The position numbers were made by a program, and so were the translations under genes. The notes below the pieces were generated by a model, which was not told the DNA's origin, did no database searches, and was given only the letters and a program-made list of their open reading frames with translations. DNA of 64,000 bases from Balanoglossus misakiensis (Eukaryota > Animalia > Hemichordata): contig CM082586.2 of assembly GCA_040954595.2 (NCBI GenBank), positions 9,703,337 to 9,767,336 on the forward strand, written 5' to 3'. Shown here one piece after another: positions 23,349-37,129 of the stretch. How positions within the stretch are numbered: position 1 is the stretch's first letter; every line of letters begins with the position of its first letter.

Positions 23349-25424
23349 GTGAGTATCTACAATTTGGAGAGAAAGTAAGATGTATGGGTTTGTACTTAGT
23401 GTCTTATACATGTATATGTGACACTGAAATCATATATTGTACAATCAGTCATTGGTAAATGTCTGCTATTCATGACACAAATCAACATACAGTCAAACAT
23501 GTGTGAGTGGCCACCTCTATTAGGCAGCCACCTCTATATAGTGGTCACTTTATTCTAGTCCCTGTGCAATTTACATCTACATTAATTGACTTTTCTACAA
23601 GGTATAATGGCCACTTATCTATAAAGGCCAGTTTAGAAAAGTCCCTTCACTAGCCATAATGGGCAGGTTTGACAGCTGTTGTGTTGATTTCTGTCTGTTT
23701 TACGTGTAACACAATCATGACATTTTTCATAAAGAGGGCAGCCTTCCAAAATAAAGTGTCATCTCCATGCAGACAATGTGAAAAAGGCGGTCAGTAGAGT
23801 ACTGCTCGAGCTCATCTAGTTTGTTGTATACATGATACAAGTTGCGTGTAAAACTGACCTTACAATAAAATGTGGCTGTCGAACATAAGTCCCAACTGTA
23901 GTGTTGATACACAAGACAATCAAGTTTTTACTTTGTGACCAACTGGCCTCATGTTTGCGTCTTGGAAGGGTAACATGACTGCATAGCAATGTTTTATTAA
24001 AATTTGGTACATAGAGAAATGGACTATTGTGACAGTATTGACTCTGGGAACTATGTAGATGATGCCCAGCCTAAAATACTGACTCTCTGCAAATATATTT
24101 TTTAGCATTTTCGTTCAATTGTACTTTCAAGTACAGTCAAACCCGTCTAACACCAAAGGGACTGAAGAAATTGTTCAGATTGCAGGTGTCCAATTTAAAG
24201 AGGTTCTTTCAACATGTGGTTCCATGTCAAAAGGTTTGAACAATGTCTTTGAAATAGACAGGTTTCCAGATTAGACAGGGTTCGGTTGAGACAGGTTTTA
24301 CTGTATTTTGATACATGCTCTGGCTTAACCCTTTCACCACCATGGTTCAGTCTAAACCCTTTATTTTCTATGGTAAGGTTGGATCTTTAAAGAGGAAACT
24401 GTTTTTTTTCTGGGAATCTCTTTATTTCTTCTGTCACAAAAATTGCATGGGAATTCTAATTCTAAAAGGAGAAATGATTTGATAAAAGATCTCAAAGTCA
24501 AGTTTTGGATGTGGCTCCATTTCAAGTATTGTAGGTGACTAGTTTTTTGGAGTTCAAGTCTGTATACTTGCTATAGAGTTGGTCACACGTACTTGGGTAA
24601 TCTGAGTGTGGTCAGAAATTGAACTTACACACATTGAGTTGAGTTACGAACATGTCTGGTGTATTACTGTAATATGACTAGATACTGCAAATGCATTAAC
24701 TATAAGCGTATGTTAAAATACACAGTTTTCATCGATATATCTGATTCACGAAATTAAATACACTTGTTCGTTAAAACACACTATGATATAGTGCCCTCAC
24801 TGTTCAGGATGTCCATTTTGAAGTCCTACATCTATGACGTCATGCCTAGCTGTCAATGTTAACTGATGTGTACTTGTACTACTAGTAAATGGAAGTATTT
24901 TAAAGTAAAGCTCAGATGCAAGGTTTTTGTAAAATAAATATAATATTAAAATGTTGCAATCATTTTAGTCCTTTGGAACAGCGGTCCAATTGATTAATGT
25001 GATCAATCTGTGTGCGACATAGGGCATATTAAGCATTTAGTATTTTTCAATCAGAAACCGTTAATCCTGTGACTCTAGACGTATTCTGCTTCTTGCAACA
25101 TTGACTTTAAATCACCACACATGAATATATTTATCCAAAGGACTGCGGTGCCCAAGTTTTAATGATAAGAGAAACAAACAGTGTAATTCACTGAAGAAGT
25201 GAGCGAGCACTTGCCCATTCATTGCTCAATGAAAGGTGACCACCAAAACAAAAGTATTGAAAAAATAACCTGAAGTTGGAGTTATTGAGTTTTAAATTGA
25301 TTTCAATCATCTCCCAGGTGAAAAGCTTGGATTGGCTGAAGCTCCTGTAGTCAGTTACCTGTAGGTAGATTGACACACATGACAATGTTTGACTGTTTAC
25401 ACATTTCTTTGTTTGATCTTTTAG

Positions 25425-25667
25425 AGGAATATTCAAGCACTGCAGAAGAATCTAGAGATGGCACAGAAAAAAAAACTTGAATTGAAACAACAGCAAGATC
25501 AACATGCAAGACAAAGTCAACTCATAGCACTAAGACAACAACATCAACAACAACATCAATTACAAAGGTTACAACAACAGAGAGCCCAACAACAACAACA
25601 ACAAGCAGTGCAAGCACAGCCATCCAATATACAATCAACAAATCAACAACTAAGTCACCTCTTACAA
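25425..25667 (+). pseudogene. MED25: Q-rich exon ending in an LxxLL box; MED25 C-terminal-like
   Basis: 243 bp, phase 0-0, ttag|...|gtaagt. Ends NQQLSHLLQ, comparable to recalled MED25 NPQLRSLLL. Confidence 0.6.
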
Positions 25668-27241
25668 GTAAGTTGTCATAATAATGTGTACAGTGAATAT
25701 TTTGAAAACCAAGACTGGTACCTGTGGCACTTCTGGGAATTGTTATGTGGGGAAAAATAAAATCAGTTTTCTCAAAAAGGAGCTTTCTTGATGGTACAAA
25801 TAACATTGGTCTGTGCCATTCCCAAAATTATTTTAATGTATTGAAGACCTGAAAGTCACGCAGAATAAATTCAATGCACTATTTGCCCAACATGACAACT
25901 TTTCCCCACACAGAGTTTGATGTGGTGGGTATGGCCGCTTTGCCTCAAATCGGCCATACACACCACATCTATTAATATTCATGAGTTTACTTTTCTTGTT
26001 TACGTACACTACTATAACAATTGGAAATCTAGAGAATGTCTATTTCATCAAGTTGACAACCCCCGCATGTGTAAGTCATGTACATAAACAAAAATAGTCT
26101 GGTGTGTGGAGCCTTCTCCCTTTTTACAGGAAGTACTTTCGAAAATGTTTTATGCAATCAGTCCACACTCATGATCAGTTTTGTGTCAGAATTATAGTCC
26201 AAGTCACCTACCTAAGCATGCCATAGATATATTGACGATACAAACATTGGGAACAAAAGGATTAAGGGAGGTGTGACTGGTCCAACTTGTTTAGTTTTAG
26301 TGTGGGGGAAAAGCTGGAATGAAAGCAGACCTAAATTACAGACAAAGAAATACAACAAATCTTGTCTCATTCTTATTTTCAATTCCTCTAGTTTTTCCAT
26401 GGTACCAGTGTGGAAGCACTGATGATAACCTCTGGCAGACAGTTTTAAATGACGACAATCATCTTACTCTTATGCACATGTGCGTTAATTTTATGTGTAC
26501 AAAATAACTTCCAATCCAAATATTCTGCACAATTTTATGTGCGTGCATTCATATAGTGGACTGCCTTCGCTTCCTTCTATATTTCTTGCACGCCATATAA
26601 GAAGAATTTAGTTTTGTCTCTTCTTTTCACTCAATTTGCTGTCTTTTCCTAATCTATGACACAGACTATGGTTGCCGCCACCTTGTCTGTTGTTAAGACA
26701 GCACTTGTGGCATAGATAACAATTTTGTAACTAGAGTCTCTGCTTTGGCAAATGTGCGTTAGACGAACAATACCCTTTAACAAAAGTCTGCTTAGAATTC
26801 AAATCATATTCTTTTCAAAATTTCTGCATGTGATTACATAGTGAATTAAAGCTGCAAGCAGTGTTCACTGGGCCCAAGCAATTCCCAGGATTCCTACTAA
26901 ATACCAAGGATTATCTGCTGTGGATACCCAAAATTTTGTCAAAAAGTTTGGTCCTAAACTGATCTATGTCCTACAAAATCTAAACTTCTAGATCTATTGG
27001 TCAGCCTAGAATTAGGAGTGTACATAATTCATTAGGTCAACGGGGGTCCTGAAACTAACCATCAAATTTTAGACACAGCCTAAATCAATGTCCCATTGTA
27101 CAGTAACTAACTATATGCTGCCGTAAATGTCAGTCTGATTGACAAATGTGAACAATGTTAAAGAGAGCAGTCTCATGATACATTGCCACCTTCTGTGAAG
27201 TGACTTTTAAAGAAAACCGTTTTGTTTGCATTCAACTGCAG

Positions 27242-27519
27242 CAGCAACAACAACCAGAACACAATCAACCATTCCACCACCAAAACAACAACCAGCAGCA
27301 ACAAAACAAACATGGCAACAACAACAACAACAGCAGTTATCACAACAACAACAACAACAGCTGTAACTAGGACAACAGCCAAGGCCGCAACCAAAGGTAC
27401 CTCAGATGGACTTGGCACCCAGCTTGCAACAAACACAGCAACAATCAAGTAGTAGTCTGCTGGCTGATGACATGAGTCTTTTTGATATTCTGAATCAATA
27501 TACTCATACAGGAAACTGA
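27242..27519 (+). pseudogene. Terminal Q-rich exon with apparent frameshift and in-frame stop; MED25-like
   Basis: Reads ...WQQQQQQQLSQQQQQQL*LGQQPRPQP...SSSLLADDMSLFDILNQYTHTGN*. Acidic-hydrophobic end resembles MED25 EDDILMDLI. TAA at 27364-66. Confidence 0.5.
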
Positions 27520-27639
27520 CTATAATGAACAGGAGACTGTTCATGCCTTCATTACCATTTTAACTTCTATATACTAAATGAAACCCAGATGCCCAAAGAA
27601 ATGTCAGAAATTTCTCAAGGTATGCGGGAATTTTCAAAT

Positions 27640-28030
27640 ATTCCAGACAGTATATGGCCATTTCTTTCTGCTTCCAAAACGAGCATCTAGAGTCATGCAT
27701 GCCACTGGCCCAATAAAGCCTGATAGCCCTTGCTGAGAATTGTAATGTTACTAGCATCTCCCTTTAAGTCACTCACATAAACTGATCAGTGGTGATTGCT
27801 TATAGTGAAGGCAAGGCTAATTTAAATTCAAAATGGTAACCATCCTTAATCACACATATGTATCATTTGACCAATCATTGGAAAAACAGAGTCTGTGATT
27901 GACTTCAAAGGGATGCTAATTACATCACAATTCCCAGCAAGGGGTTTCAGGCTTTATTGGGCCAGTGGCATGCATAGTTTCTGGAAGCAAAGCAGAAAAA
28001 ATACAGCTTTATACTAGACTAATATTTCAT
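27640..28030. repeat. Inverted repeat with ~100-140-bp arms (foldback MITE-like)
   Basis: atgcatgccactggcccaataaagcctg (~27694) pairs with caggctttattgggccagtggcatgcat (~27948), and the pairing extends on both sides. Confidence 0.8.
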
Positions 28031-29999
28031 TAACGTCTGATCATTAAATTGGAGAACGTATCTCTAAAGTTGGTCTCTATCGCTCCCTCAGGGAAGAGAG
28101 CAATAGACAGAACTTTGAGTGACAGAACTTCCAGTTGTGTACTTATCATTTGTATTGCCCAATCACAGACATTGTATTATTGGTCATTTATCTGTCCAAT
28201 TCTTGTGTTCAGTTGAGCATTACATCAACAAAGTTTCGCTTTAACAGTGACAATACAACACTTGCAAAAACATGGATTGCTCAGGTCAGCCTATATGGTT
28301 ACAGATTACCTGTGAACCAACTAATCCAGTTATAATGAATGTGTTTCGTTATATACAGAGAATTGTAGATTGTATGAGACGTGTTAATATTACACTCTAG
28401 CATGGGGCAATGTTCACACGTATATATTTATCATGTGAAAGCCACAAAGTCACCAGCTCTTCATGTTCATTTTCAGTTTTTTTGTTTTGTTTCATGGAAT
28501 CATTTTATAGTAAAGGTCTGCTTGCTGATAATTGAATTGAACTGAACTCACAAGATATGTGTGGACATAACATGTTAATACTTCCATGTCATTATTTCTG
28601 TTACTGCCAAACAATTAAATAACACCATAATGTCAAAAATAGCAACTTTGTCATTACTTTGAAGGGATACAGATCCAGGGTTAATGTTTCATTGGGGAGT
28701 CTAACAGTGTTTGAAAATGTCACATTGTCATTTGAAATGTTGAGATTGGGCAGTGACAATGACATTGTTTGTGTACAGACTTTGCATGGAAATCTTTGAA
28801 AAATGAAAAGTGGTGCGTGGAAAAGAATGAAGTCTTTTGGGCTTATATCAGGTGCCTTCATTTGACTCTCAAGGAGAGTTTTGTAAAACAATTAACTTGT
28901 TGTGTGTCAGCATTATTGGGAAAGATTAAGCACACACATGTGTATACAGGTTAGATTATAATGGAAAATCACCATCAGCCTTTTTCTTAGCACTCTCACC
29001 TTTCACCCCAAGTTCCCTGTGTAGACACCCAACTTTTCCAACAGAAACAATGGATTTGGACCGAACCATTAGTTCATTTGAATACCGGTATGTATGTAAT
29101 ATCTGTATTTATAACATACCTCATGCTAACACTGTGTTGTGATTCGCCAGAATCCGTCACATTATAAGAAAATAGAATCGACTATGAATTCCTCTGGGAA
29201 CTAGCAGAAAATCTATAAACTGATCACGTGACCAAAGGGATATAAAAGAATCCCATACATATACTTTGTCAGTTCACCTCTGTAGCCAGACTGGCCATAC
29301 GTATGAACTGATGATGTCCCTGTTATAGGCATATGTCTTGTGAAACTGTTAAACCATTTTGTTGTGTTTTGTGTTTGGTGAACGGCAACATCCGTGACAA
29401 GCATGGTAGAATCAAACTATTACATACACGTTAAGAAATATAGTCAATTATTAGGAAGTGACCATAGTTGCCAAACGATTAAAATCACATTTTTAATATC
29501 AATATTCACATGTCATTGCTTTCTACATTTCTAGAATTTCCTAACATTTTTATGTTAACAAAAACAAGAGCCTTCCGTGACCACTTATTGACTTTTGAAA
29601 ATATTTCATGTAATCAGCCATTCATTTTATGTTTGTGTAAAGAATGACACCCTGAGGCTGTTGAATCATGTATAGTGCTGAAGGGAAGGGGGGACACCAC
29701 TCCTCAATTTCTTTCATTTTGCAAAAGATGCTAAGTTGGTTTATTTTTTTCCGGATATTGCTTATATTGTAATGAAAGTTTGGTATGTTATGCAGTTCTT
29801 AAGAAGAGCTTTTGACAAACATTTCAGTGTACTTTTAAGACTGCTAGAGTATGTAGATAGTGTATGCAGCGTTAGGAAGAAATATCTTTGATATTTTTAT
29901 TCTAACAATTTTCCTATCATGATAAACAAGTAGACAGAGATATCATGTTAGGATTTTTGCATACATAAAATAAATATTCTGATAAAATGAGTGCTTTTG

Positions 30000-31700
30000 T
30001 CTGTCTCTTTGATTTCAGGTGAGGATCAGCCGCTCCAACAAATGGTCTGCTTACTTCCCTTTTTCATCTGATTAAAATCAAATGTAGTGTTAGGCGCTGG
30101 TGATGATTTTGGCTATTCTGTTCTCAGTTTTGGCTGTTCTCGGGTACATTAGCTGGGAACTACTGGTCAGATTGCTTTGAAAAGTGGTATGCACGTTTCT
30201 TATGCCAACATCATAGAGCTATATAAGTTCTAAGCTAATATCGTGAATTATCTACTTTTTATGAACGTTTTGTCGTTTAACACAATGGTAAAATATTTTC
30301 TATGAAAGTAATTGGCTGATTTCTTTAACATTTAGTATAAAGCTTCCTATAGGTGTAATTGTTGCAAAGTTTGCACATTTGTAATTATGAGCCAAATTTT
30401 GCAATTTTGGGTCAAAAATCGTTTTCTCTGAAACCTCGCGCTTGTCAGATTGCTTTGGAAATTGGTAGGCATGTTCTCAGGGTTAAGCAATTGTAAGTTG
30501 TTTAAACATTTTGCTGAAATTTGCTTATTTGTGTTCTTGAGGTAACTGTTGTGATTTTCTCGTTGAAACCACTTGTCAGATTGCTTTGAACTTTGGTAAG
30601 CATGTTCCCATCGAAGTAAGATATTGTAAAATTTTGGTGATGTTTGCTTTTTTGTGTTTGGCAGTTTTGGGACAGTTTTTTAAAATTAGATCATATCTAC
30701 TTTTTTGGTATTAGGTCATTAACAAAAAATTAAGTCATAGAGTTGGTCACACATCCTACTTATAGCACAAGTGTGAGAATACGACCAGTTTGTGTCGCGT
30801 TATCTGCTTTCATTGAGGAATTACAGCGCCCGCAAGTAAGGTGTTAATGTCACATTTGTATTAGTATATTCCAGTGGGACCTTATGAGATTGGTTGCATC
30901 TGTATGGATGTATGGGAGTATGTCCATCCACATCAAAAACTTGAAGACCGCTACGCGTACAACCTCGATATTTGGTGTGTAGATGCATACCGGTTTGTAG
31001 ATGGGAGTTTGTTCAAACGAAGTTGTCATAGCCAAAAATATGCAAATTTTCTGGGAAAACCTAAATTTGGTAAAAATTCAGAAAACTAACAACCCCTGGT
31101 CGTAATGATTCTGTATGTTTTGAGGTAATAGTGTGAATTTTCTATTTTTTTGTGCAATTTTTGCCCTTTTCTACATTTTTGTTAACAAACTACCTTTCTG
31201 GAACTAATCAGCCCACCTCTTTGAAATTTAGTATGGAGCTTCATATATGATCTGACTTATCAAAGTTTTGTTTAAATTGCTGCCAAATTTTTACATTTTT
31301 GATCATTTTTTAAATGTAAAATCGCTCATAAATTGCTTTGGAAATTTGCATGTATGTTTGTCAAATCAACTAGGAGAATTTAATATTATATTTTTGGGGT
31401 GATTTTTGCCGTTTTTGGTCAAAACTCTTTCTCAGAACCCTCTACCCTATTGCTTTGACATTTGATTTAAAGGATCCTGGGTGAGTTGTCATGATAATTT
31501 ACAAAACCTATGATGAAAGTGTCAATGCTTTTTGTGGGCAATATCTTGTATTTTGTGGGGCATATTTTCCAATTTTGAAAAATAATATTTCCCAGTGTAT
31601 TACTCTAAAATTTGAGTTAATAGTATTGGCTTCTTTAGAATTATAATGGAATTAAATTATAGGTAATTCGGAACTTTTATATTTTGTAGGATATTTTGCT
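30000..31700. repeat. Decayed dispersed-repeat cluster (gtcagattgctttgaaatttggt motif), probably Helentron-associated; also at 34050-34560 and reversed at 17400-17900
   Basis: The motif recurs many times with degenerate spacing. Confidence 0.5.
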
Positions 31701-34700
31701 GTTCATTTTGGTGCATGGACAGTGTTGGCCTGTCGATTTATCTATGTTTAGGAAATTTGATCAAATTCAAACTTGAATTGCATTGAATCAATTTTAATTC
31801 CCGCCAAAAACACTTTATTGACTACAAACGTTTGTTTTGTTGGATGGGTAAAATTTAAGACCTCTCGACCAACGCAGAGTGAAGTTTAATACTTTTGAAG
31901 TTGTCAAAATCGACTAAACAGAGCGAGAAAAACGGCAATTTGCGCTGTCGGCACATTTCGTCTCCTGCCTCGAATTATCGACACCAGGACCCCCCTCCCC
32001 CCCCCCAAAAAAAATATATCAATTATGGTTCATCACATAACTAGACTGTGCATCGTTCATGAAATCAAACTAGACGATGGACAAAACAGCAGAAAAACTT
32101 CGCCGATTCCGAGGTAAACCTATCCCGACAGGATAAGAATTCCGCTATGTGACGTCATCTAATTTCCTTGCAATCATGGCTTGGTCGTTACTTCGGGAAT
32201 GGCACATAATCTTCTCGCTTCGGCCTTTAATTTCCATGACCCCGGTTGTTTCGGCCAAGACGCAAACTGATTCTTCACTTTGTAGTTCAGTAAAGTTGGC
32301 GAATGGGATAGTCTGTTAATGGTGAATGCAGGCCTGTACGCAGTGCTAGCGAACGGGACTATTGACATAAAAAGCGAGCCTGGTGTCAGATTAGTGGGAC
32401 TGTCATATCATGAACACAATACGGGAGGCGTGATAAAGGCATTATAAAGACCGAGCGTGAAACAGACATGGAAACGATCGACAGTACGGTACAGTGGCTG
32501 TGGGTAGAGCGAGCGTGTTGCTGTGCCGAACACATTTACCATGTTTGTTAAATACAACCATGGACGTAAAAAGAGAAGGACTTCAGACTGCCTCTTAAGC
32601 CCATTCACACCTATTGTGTTCTCTTTGTCTATGCTGTCCTTTGATGTCTTTGGTGACTGTTGCTGCTGTATATGTACACAGTGACACACCCCCTCGGGTA
32701 CTCTCAGCAGTACTCACGACAACTTGCTGTTTAAGTCACAAAGAAGTGGTAAATTACTGTAAAATTATCACCATTTGTGTGTCTCGATGTAACGGAAATA
32801 AAGAAGTGAAAACAGAAAAAATCGACGCATATTTGACCAAATGGCGAACCGATCTTTATAAGCATGCTAAAAAACAAGACATTTTAAAATCACTCTCACT
32901 TTAAAAAGTTCAAGGGTCCTACGTCTAATTTTTGCATTTAGGAGGAGACGAAGCAATAAACTTTCAGAAAATGTGCGTCTTATATGCAGGAGCACATGGC
33001 CATTTTCGCTATCCACGTTCGGATTTTGCCAAATTTCGCGAAGTGCGGTTACTCTGTCGCCATAGGATTACACGTCCATGGTTTGAAATGCGCGGCTGTG
33101 GTAGAAAATTACCCACTGTTCTTTGGGGCGTGAGCCACCCCCCTGAGACAATGGTGCACTCACACTCGAGAACATAGGTGCGCTATTTGCATATACAAAT
33201 GGAATATTCCTTCGAATGCGAGCATGTTCCAGTGCGTTCTAAAGAAATAAAATATGCAGCTATAGCATGTATGCATATTCATTAGTGTGTCGTAATGCTA
33301 ACTTTGGTCTGTGATTGGGTAACAAGTCCCACTCTCCATAACAACAGGTGATCATTGACCCGTTTCCGGTGTGCGACGTCGGGTTTCAATCACTTTCCTT
33401 CTTACTGCCGCGGGATCAAGACGTCTTTTCGGTAGGCTCATAATCCAGTCGTTGCTTTTAGTACCATAGCCTATATAGCTACGTTACCGTCGCTCGATTG
33501 TTTTGTCTGGTATTAGGTGATTTGCAGCTATCCGTTCAACACCTTGTAGTTGAACAGAAGTAGGTCTTATTCCAGAAAAAAAATCCGAGCTACGGGCGTG
33601 CAGCTAGCCATGCCTCTCGGCCATTCTGTGTATGGCTTCGCTGCTGACCAGGAGGTCATAATCGAGAAAGTCTAGTCATATTTATAGGGTTATACTCTGT
33701 GAGAATTTTATAGCTAGGCCTCTTGCCTAAGCGCGCGTAGGGCCATTGTTTGCATTTTTTTACGGTTTAAACTTGGTTGGTGTATTTTCGCGTTTCTGTT
33801 TGTTTTGTTTTTTGTAACATTTTACTGTTTACATGTTGTTGGCGTATTTTCGCTTTTCTGGTGAGATTTCCACCTCACCGTTGGTATACTTAAACAATTA
33901 TCCTAATTTTTATTGGGCAAACCGAGAAAACCAAAACCACCACAAGTAAAGAAAATTGTAATCTGTTTGGTGATAACCCTTTTAGCTTTGAGAGATAACC
34001 GATTTAATGTTTTAGTAAAACCAAATTTTTGACCAGGGTGACAAGCATTTTTTTCTCCAAGAGTCGTGTTGCTTTGAAGCATACATCTGGATATATGGTC
34101 CCAGTTTATGAAAACCTGGTTGATGAAAAATGTGCATATTTATAATTTTGTACTATTTTTTGTCTTTTGTGGTCAAAAATTGTTTTATCTAAAACTGCTT
34201 GTCAGATTGCTTTCAAATTTGGCAGGGTTTTTCCTTGGGAATAATTAAGTGAGATGTTTTAGAAAAATACTTGAAATTTGCATATTTGCGTTTTGTGTGT
34301 GATAGTTGTGGAATTTTTCATCAAAAATTATTTTCTTTCAAACTGCATGTCAGATTGCCTTGAGCTTTGGTAGGCATCTTCCCTGAAGCGGTTGACGTAA
34401 TATATTGTACAATTTTGGTGAAAATACTGATTTTTCTGAAACTGCATGTGGGATTGCTTTGAAATTTGATAGGAATATTGCAATGGGTAACCCAAGTTTT
34501 GTCTGATTGTGTTGATTTCCCTATACTGAGACTCGCCAAGTACACTATATGTTTTTATTACTAGGGAGTTCAGAATCCAATATGGCCGCCATACGAACTG
34601 GGACATACTGTGTAATCTGATTATTTTCTAAACTTGACATATTTTAATTTCTCGATCTCACAAATAAAAATGAAATGCCAAAAATTGAGTAACTTTCGTT

Positions 34701-36367
34701 TCTTCCTGCTTGTTGTCCGTTAAAGTCTTTTTCCTCCCACTGGGAAAGTGGCTAGAGTCAATATGTGCATAATGGCAGCATTATATGGCACTGAATAAAT
34801 GGCAGGGGTGTTTACATCTCCTAATTTGTTTTCACTTAAACCATTATAAATATCTAACAGTATATGATCATATTGTGTATGCAACTCGGAGATGCGTTTC
34901 ACTTCAGGGTTGGAAGTTTGTTTAGTCAAGTCTGGGAAGTGACATGTCTTCAAAGTGACTGATGTTATCTGCTTAGAGCTGAATGCCCATGGGTGTTCTT
35001 TCCTAGAATACATTTTCTTTGCATTTCATAGACCTGTGTATAATTATAATTTCAGTTATATATTCTAATTTGCGTTTAGGTAGAGTATGCATGGAATTAA
35101 AATAATTATTCTGTAATTACCCAACAAAAATGTTTCTCTTACAATTGTCTAGCAAGTGGATATTTTGATTGTTAATTTGCACAGGCAACATTATGGAAGT
35201 AGCATTAAGAGTATTCGATAATATAGCAGACCTTCTAGCCAGAAAGAAGAGCTTAGAAGATTTATCAGCTCATAATATTCATTTAACCAATGAACTTTAT
35301 ATGAACTTGCACACCTGCCTTCAAGATACAGGAATTAATGTTCAGGAAACCTTACCAGCTCTAGTACATTTATTTCAGCCAGAAATTGAATTACCAGAAA
35401 AAAAATCAGTAATGTTAGAAAGACACAGTCAGAAAATAAATGGAGAAAGCCAGCAAGGAAGGCAGAAAAGTGGAATACATGAAAGACACAGTTTGCTTAA
35501 ACTACGTGTGTATGCAGTAAAAACTGTATGGTGCAAGGACGTTCATTTTTATGATTTATAGCCAGCCAGTCTTTCCATGCATATCATACCAAAATTAATA
35601 TGAAAATCGTGTTAATGTTAATAGACTACAAGGATAGTACAGATACATGTAGAACGTACACTATCCAACTTTCTCCACTTTTGATATCTGCTCAACACAG
35701 GCAAGCAAAAGGGCCGATCTGAGAGTTTGACTTGAATGATGGCAATTTTTGCTGTCCAGAAGTAACTGTATAAAATAATATTTGGTAGTAGTATAATTGC
35801 TCAAAATACACAAGAATTTAAATATTTCCACTCACTACAGTGATTGAACTGATTTTCAGCAAATTGCAGTGTATAAACAAATATTGCCATCTAATGAAAT
35901 ATCAATCCAATATGGCCGCCCATTTGCAATGGTAAAATGCTAGGTTTTTCCTTTTTTGAGCGCCTGGGAATTTAAATTATAATCCAGATATCAAAAACTT
36001 AAGTCACTATCTGTATCTGCACATATATTGTAATATATTCTGAAAATTTCGTTACAATTAGATCAACTATGATTGAGACACGGAACATCAAACATTGCAA
36101 AATTTCATATTTCCCATGGTGCCATGCAAAAAATAGAGATTTTCTTTACAAGTTTAGATGATCTCCTGTAAAACTGAAAGAAGTATTCTTCTGTGAATCG
36201 TGCATAATTTTTTGAAAAATGTTGAAGATACTTGAGAATATCAGTATTTTTTGATGCTTTTGTACCTTGAAAACCAGTGAACCGATTTTGATAATTGTCT
36301 TTATTATAACCTACAAAGACCTATAAACATTTTTATCAGTAAAATAAACGGCCTTATATAATTTTAC

Positions 36368-36920
36368 TGGTCCAGCTGTTACAGAGACCACCGGCTATTT
36401 TATTATAAACTGGTGGTAGGTCAGTGAATGCCTCTGTCTGATTGGACTAATCAGCTTGTCATACTCGCATGTATTTTTACAGACAGTTTTTGGACAAAAA
36501 TCAGCTGTGGTCCAGCTGTTACAGAGACCACCGGCTATTTTATTATAAACTGGTGGTAGGTCAGTGCATGCCTCTGTCTGATTGGACTAATTAGCTTGTC
36601 ATACTCGCATGTATTTTTACAGACAGTTTTTGGACAAAAATCAGCTGTGGTCCAGCTGTTACAGAGACCACCGGCTATTTTATTATAAACTGGTGGTAGG
36701 TCAGTGAATGCCTCTGTCTGATAGGACTAATTAGCTTGTCATACTCGCATGTATTTTACAGACAGTTTTTGGATAAAAATCAGTTGTGGTCCAGTTGTTA
36801 CAGAGACCACCGACTATTTTATTATAAACTGGTGGTAGGTCAGTGAATGCCTCTGTCTGATTGGACTAATTAGCTTGTCATACTCACATGTATTTTACAG
36901 ACAGTTTTTGGACAAAAATC
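36368..36920. repeat. 140-bp tandem repeat, 4 copies
   Basis: tccag(c/t)tgttacagagaccacc at 36371, 36511, 36651 and 36790. Confidence 0.95.
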
Positions 36921-37129
36921 TGTTTTTTTAGTGCTGCTTGTAAGATTGCAGTGACACATAACACTTGATTGGGCATGGTGATTTTTTTTATGTTTCCATA
37001 GTATTTGAATATTTTTGCCATATATGCTTGCCAATGTCTCCCGCGATTTAATTTTGGTGAATACCTAAAATCTGTGTAATCCCCAAATGGCACAACAGTT
37101 TCCTATACGCTATGTTTTAAGAAGTTAAT

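Noticed and set aside
27173-27544. Hydrophobic poly-Val ORF (minus) and Thr-rich mucin-like ORF (plus)
   Set aside because: Alternative frames of the (CAA)n glutamine-rich exon; the same applies to 25522-25806.
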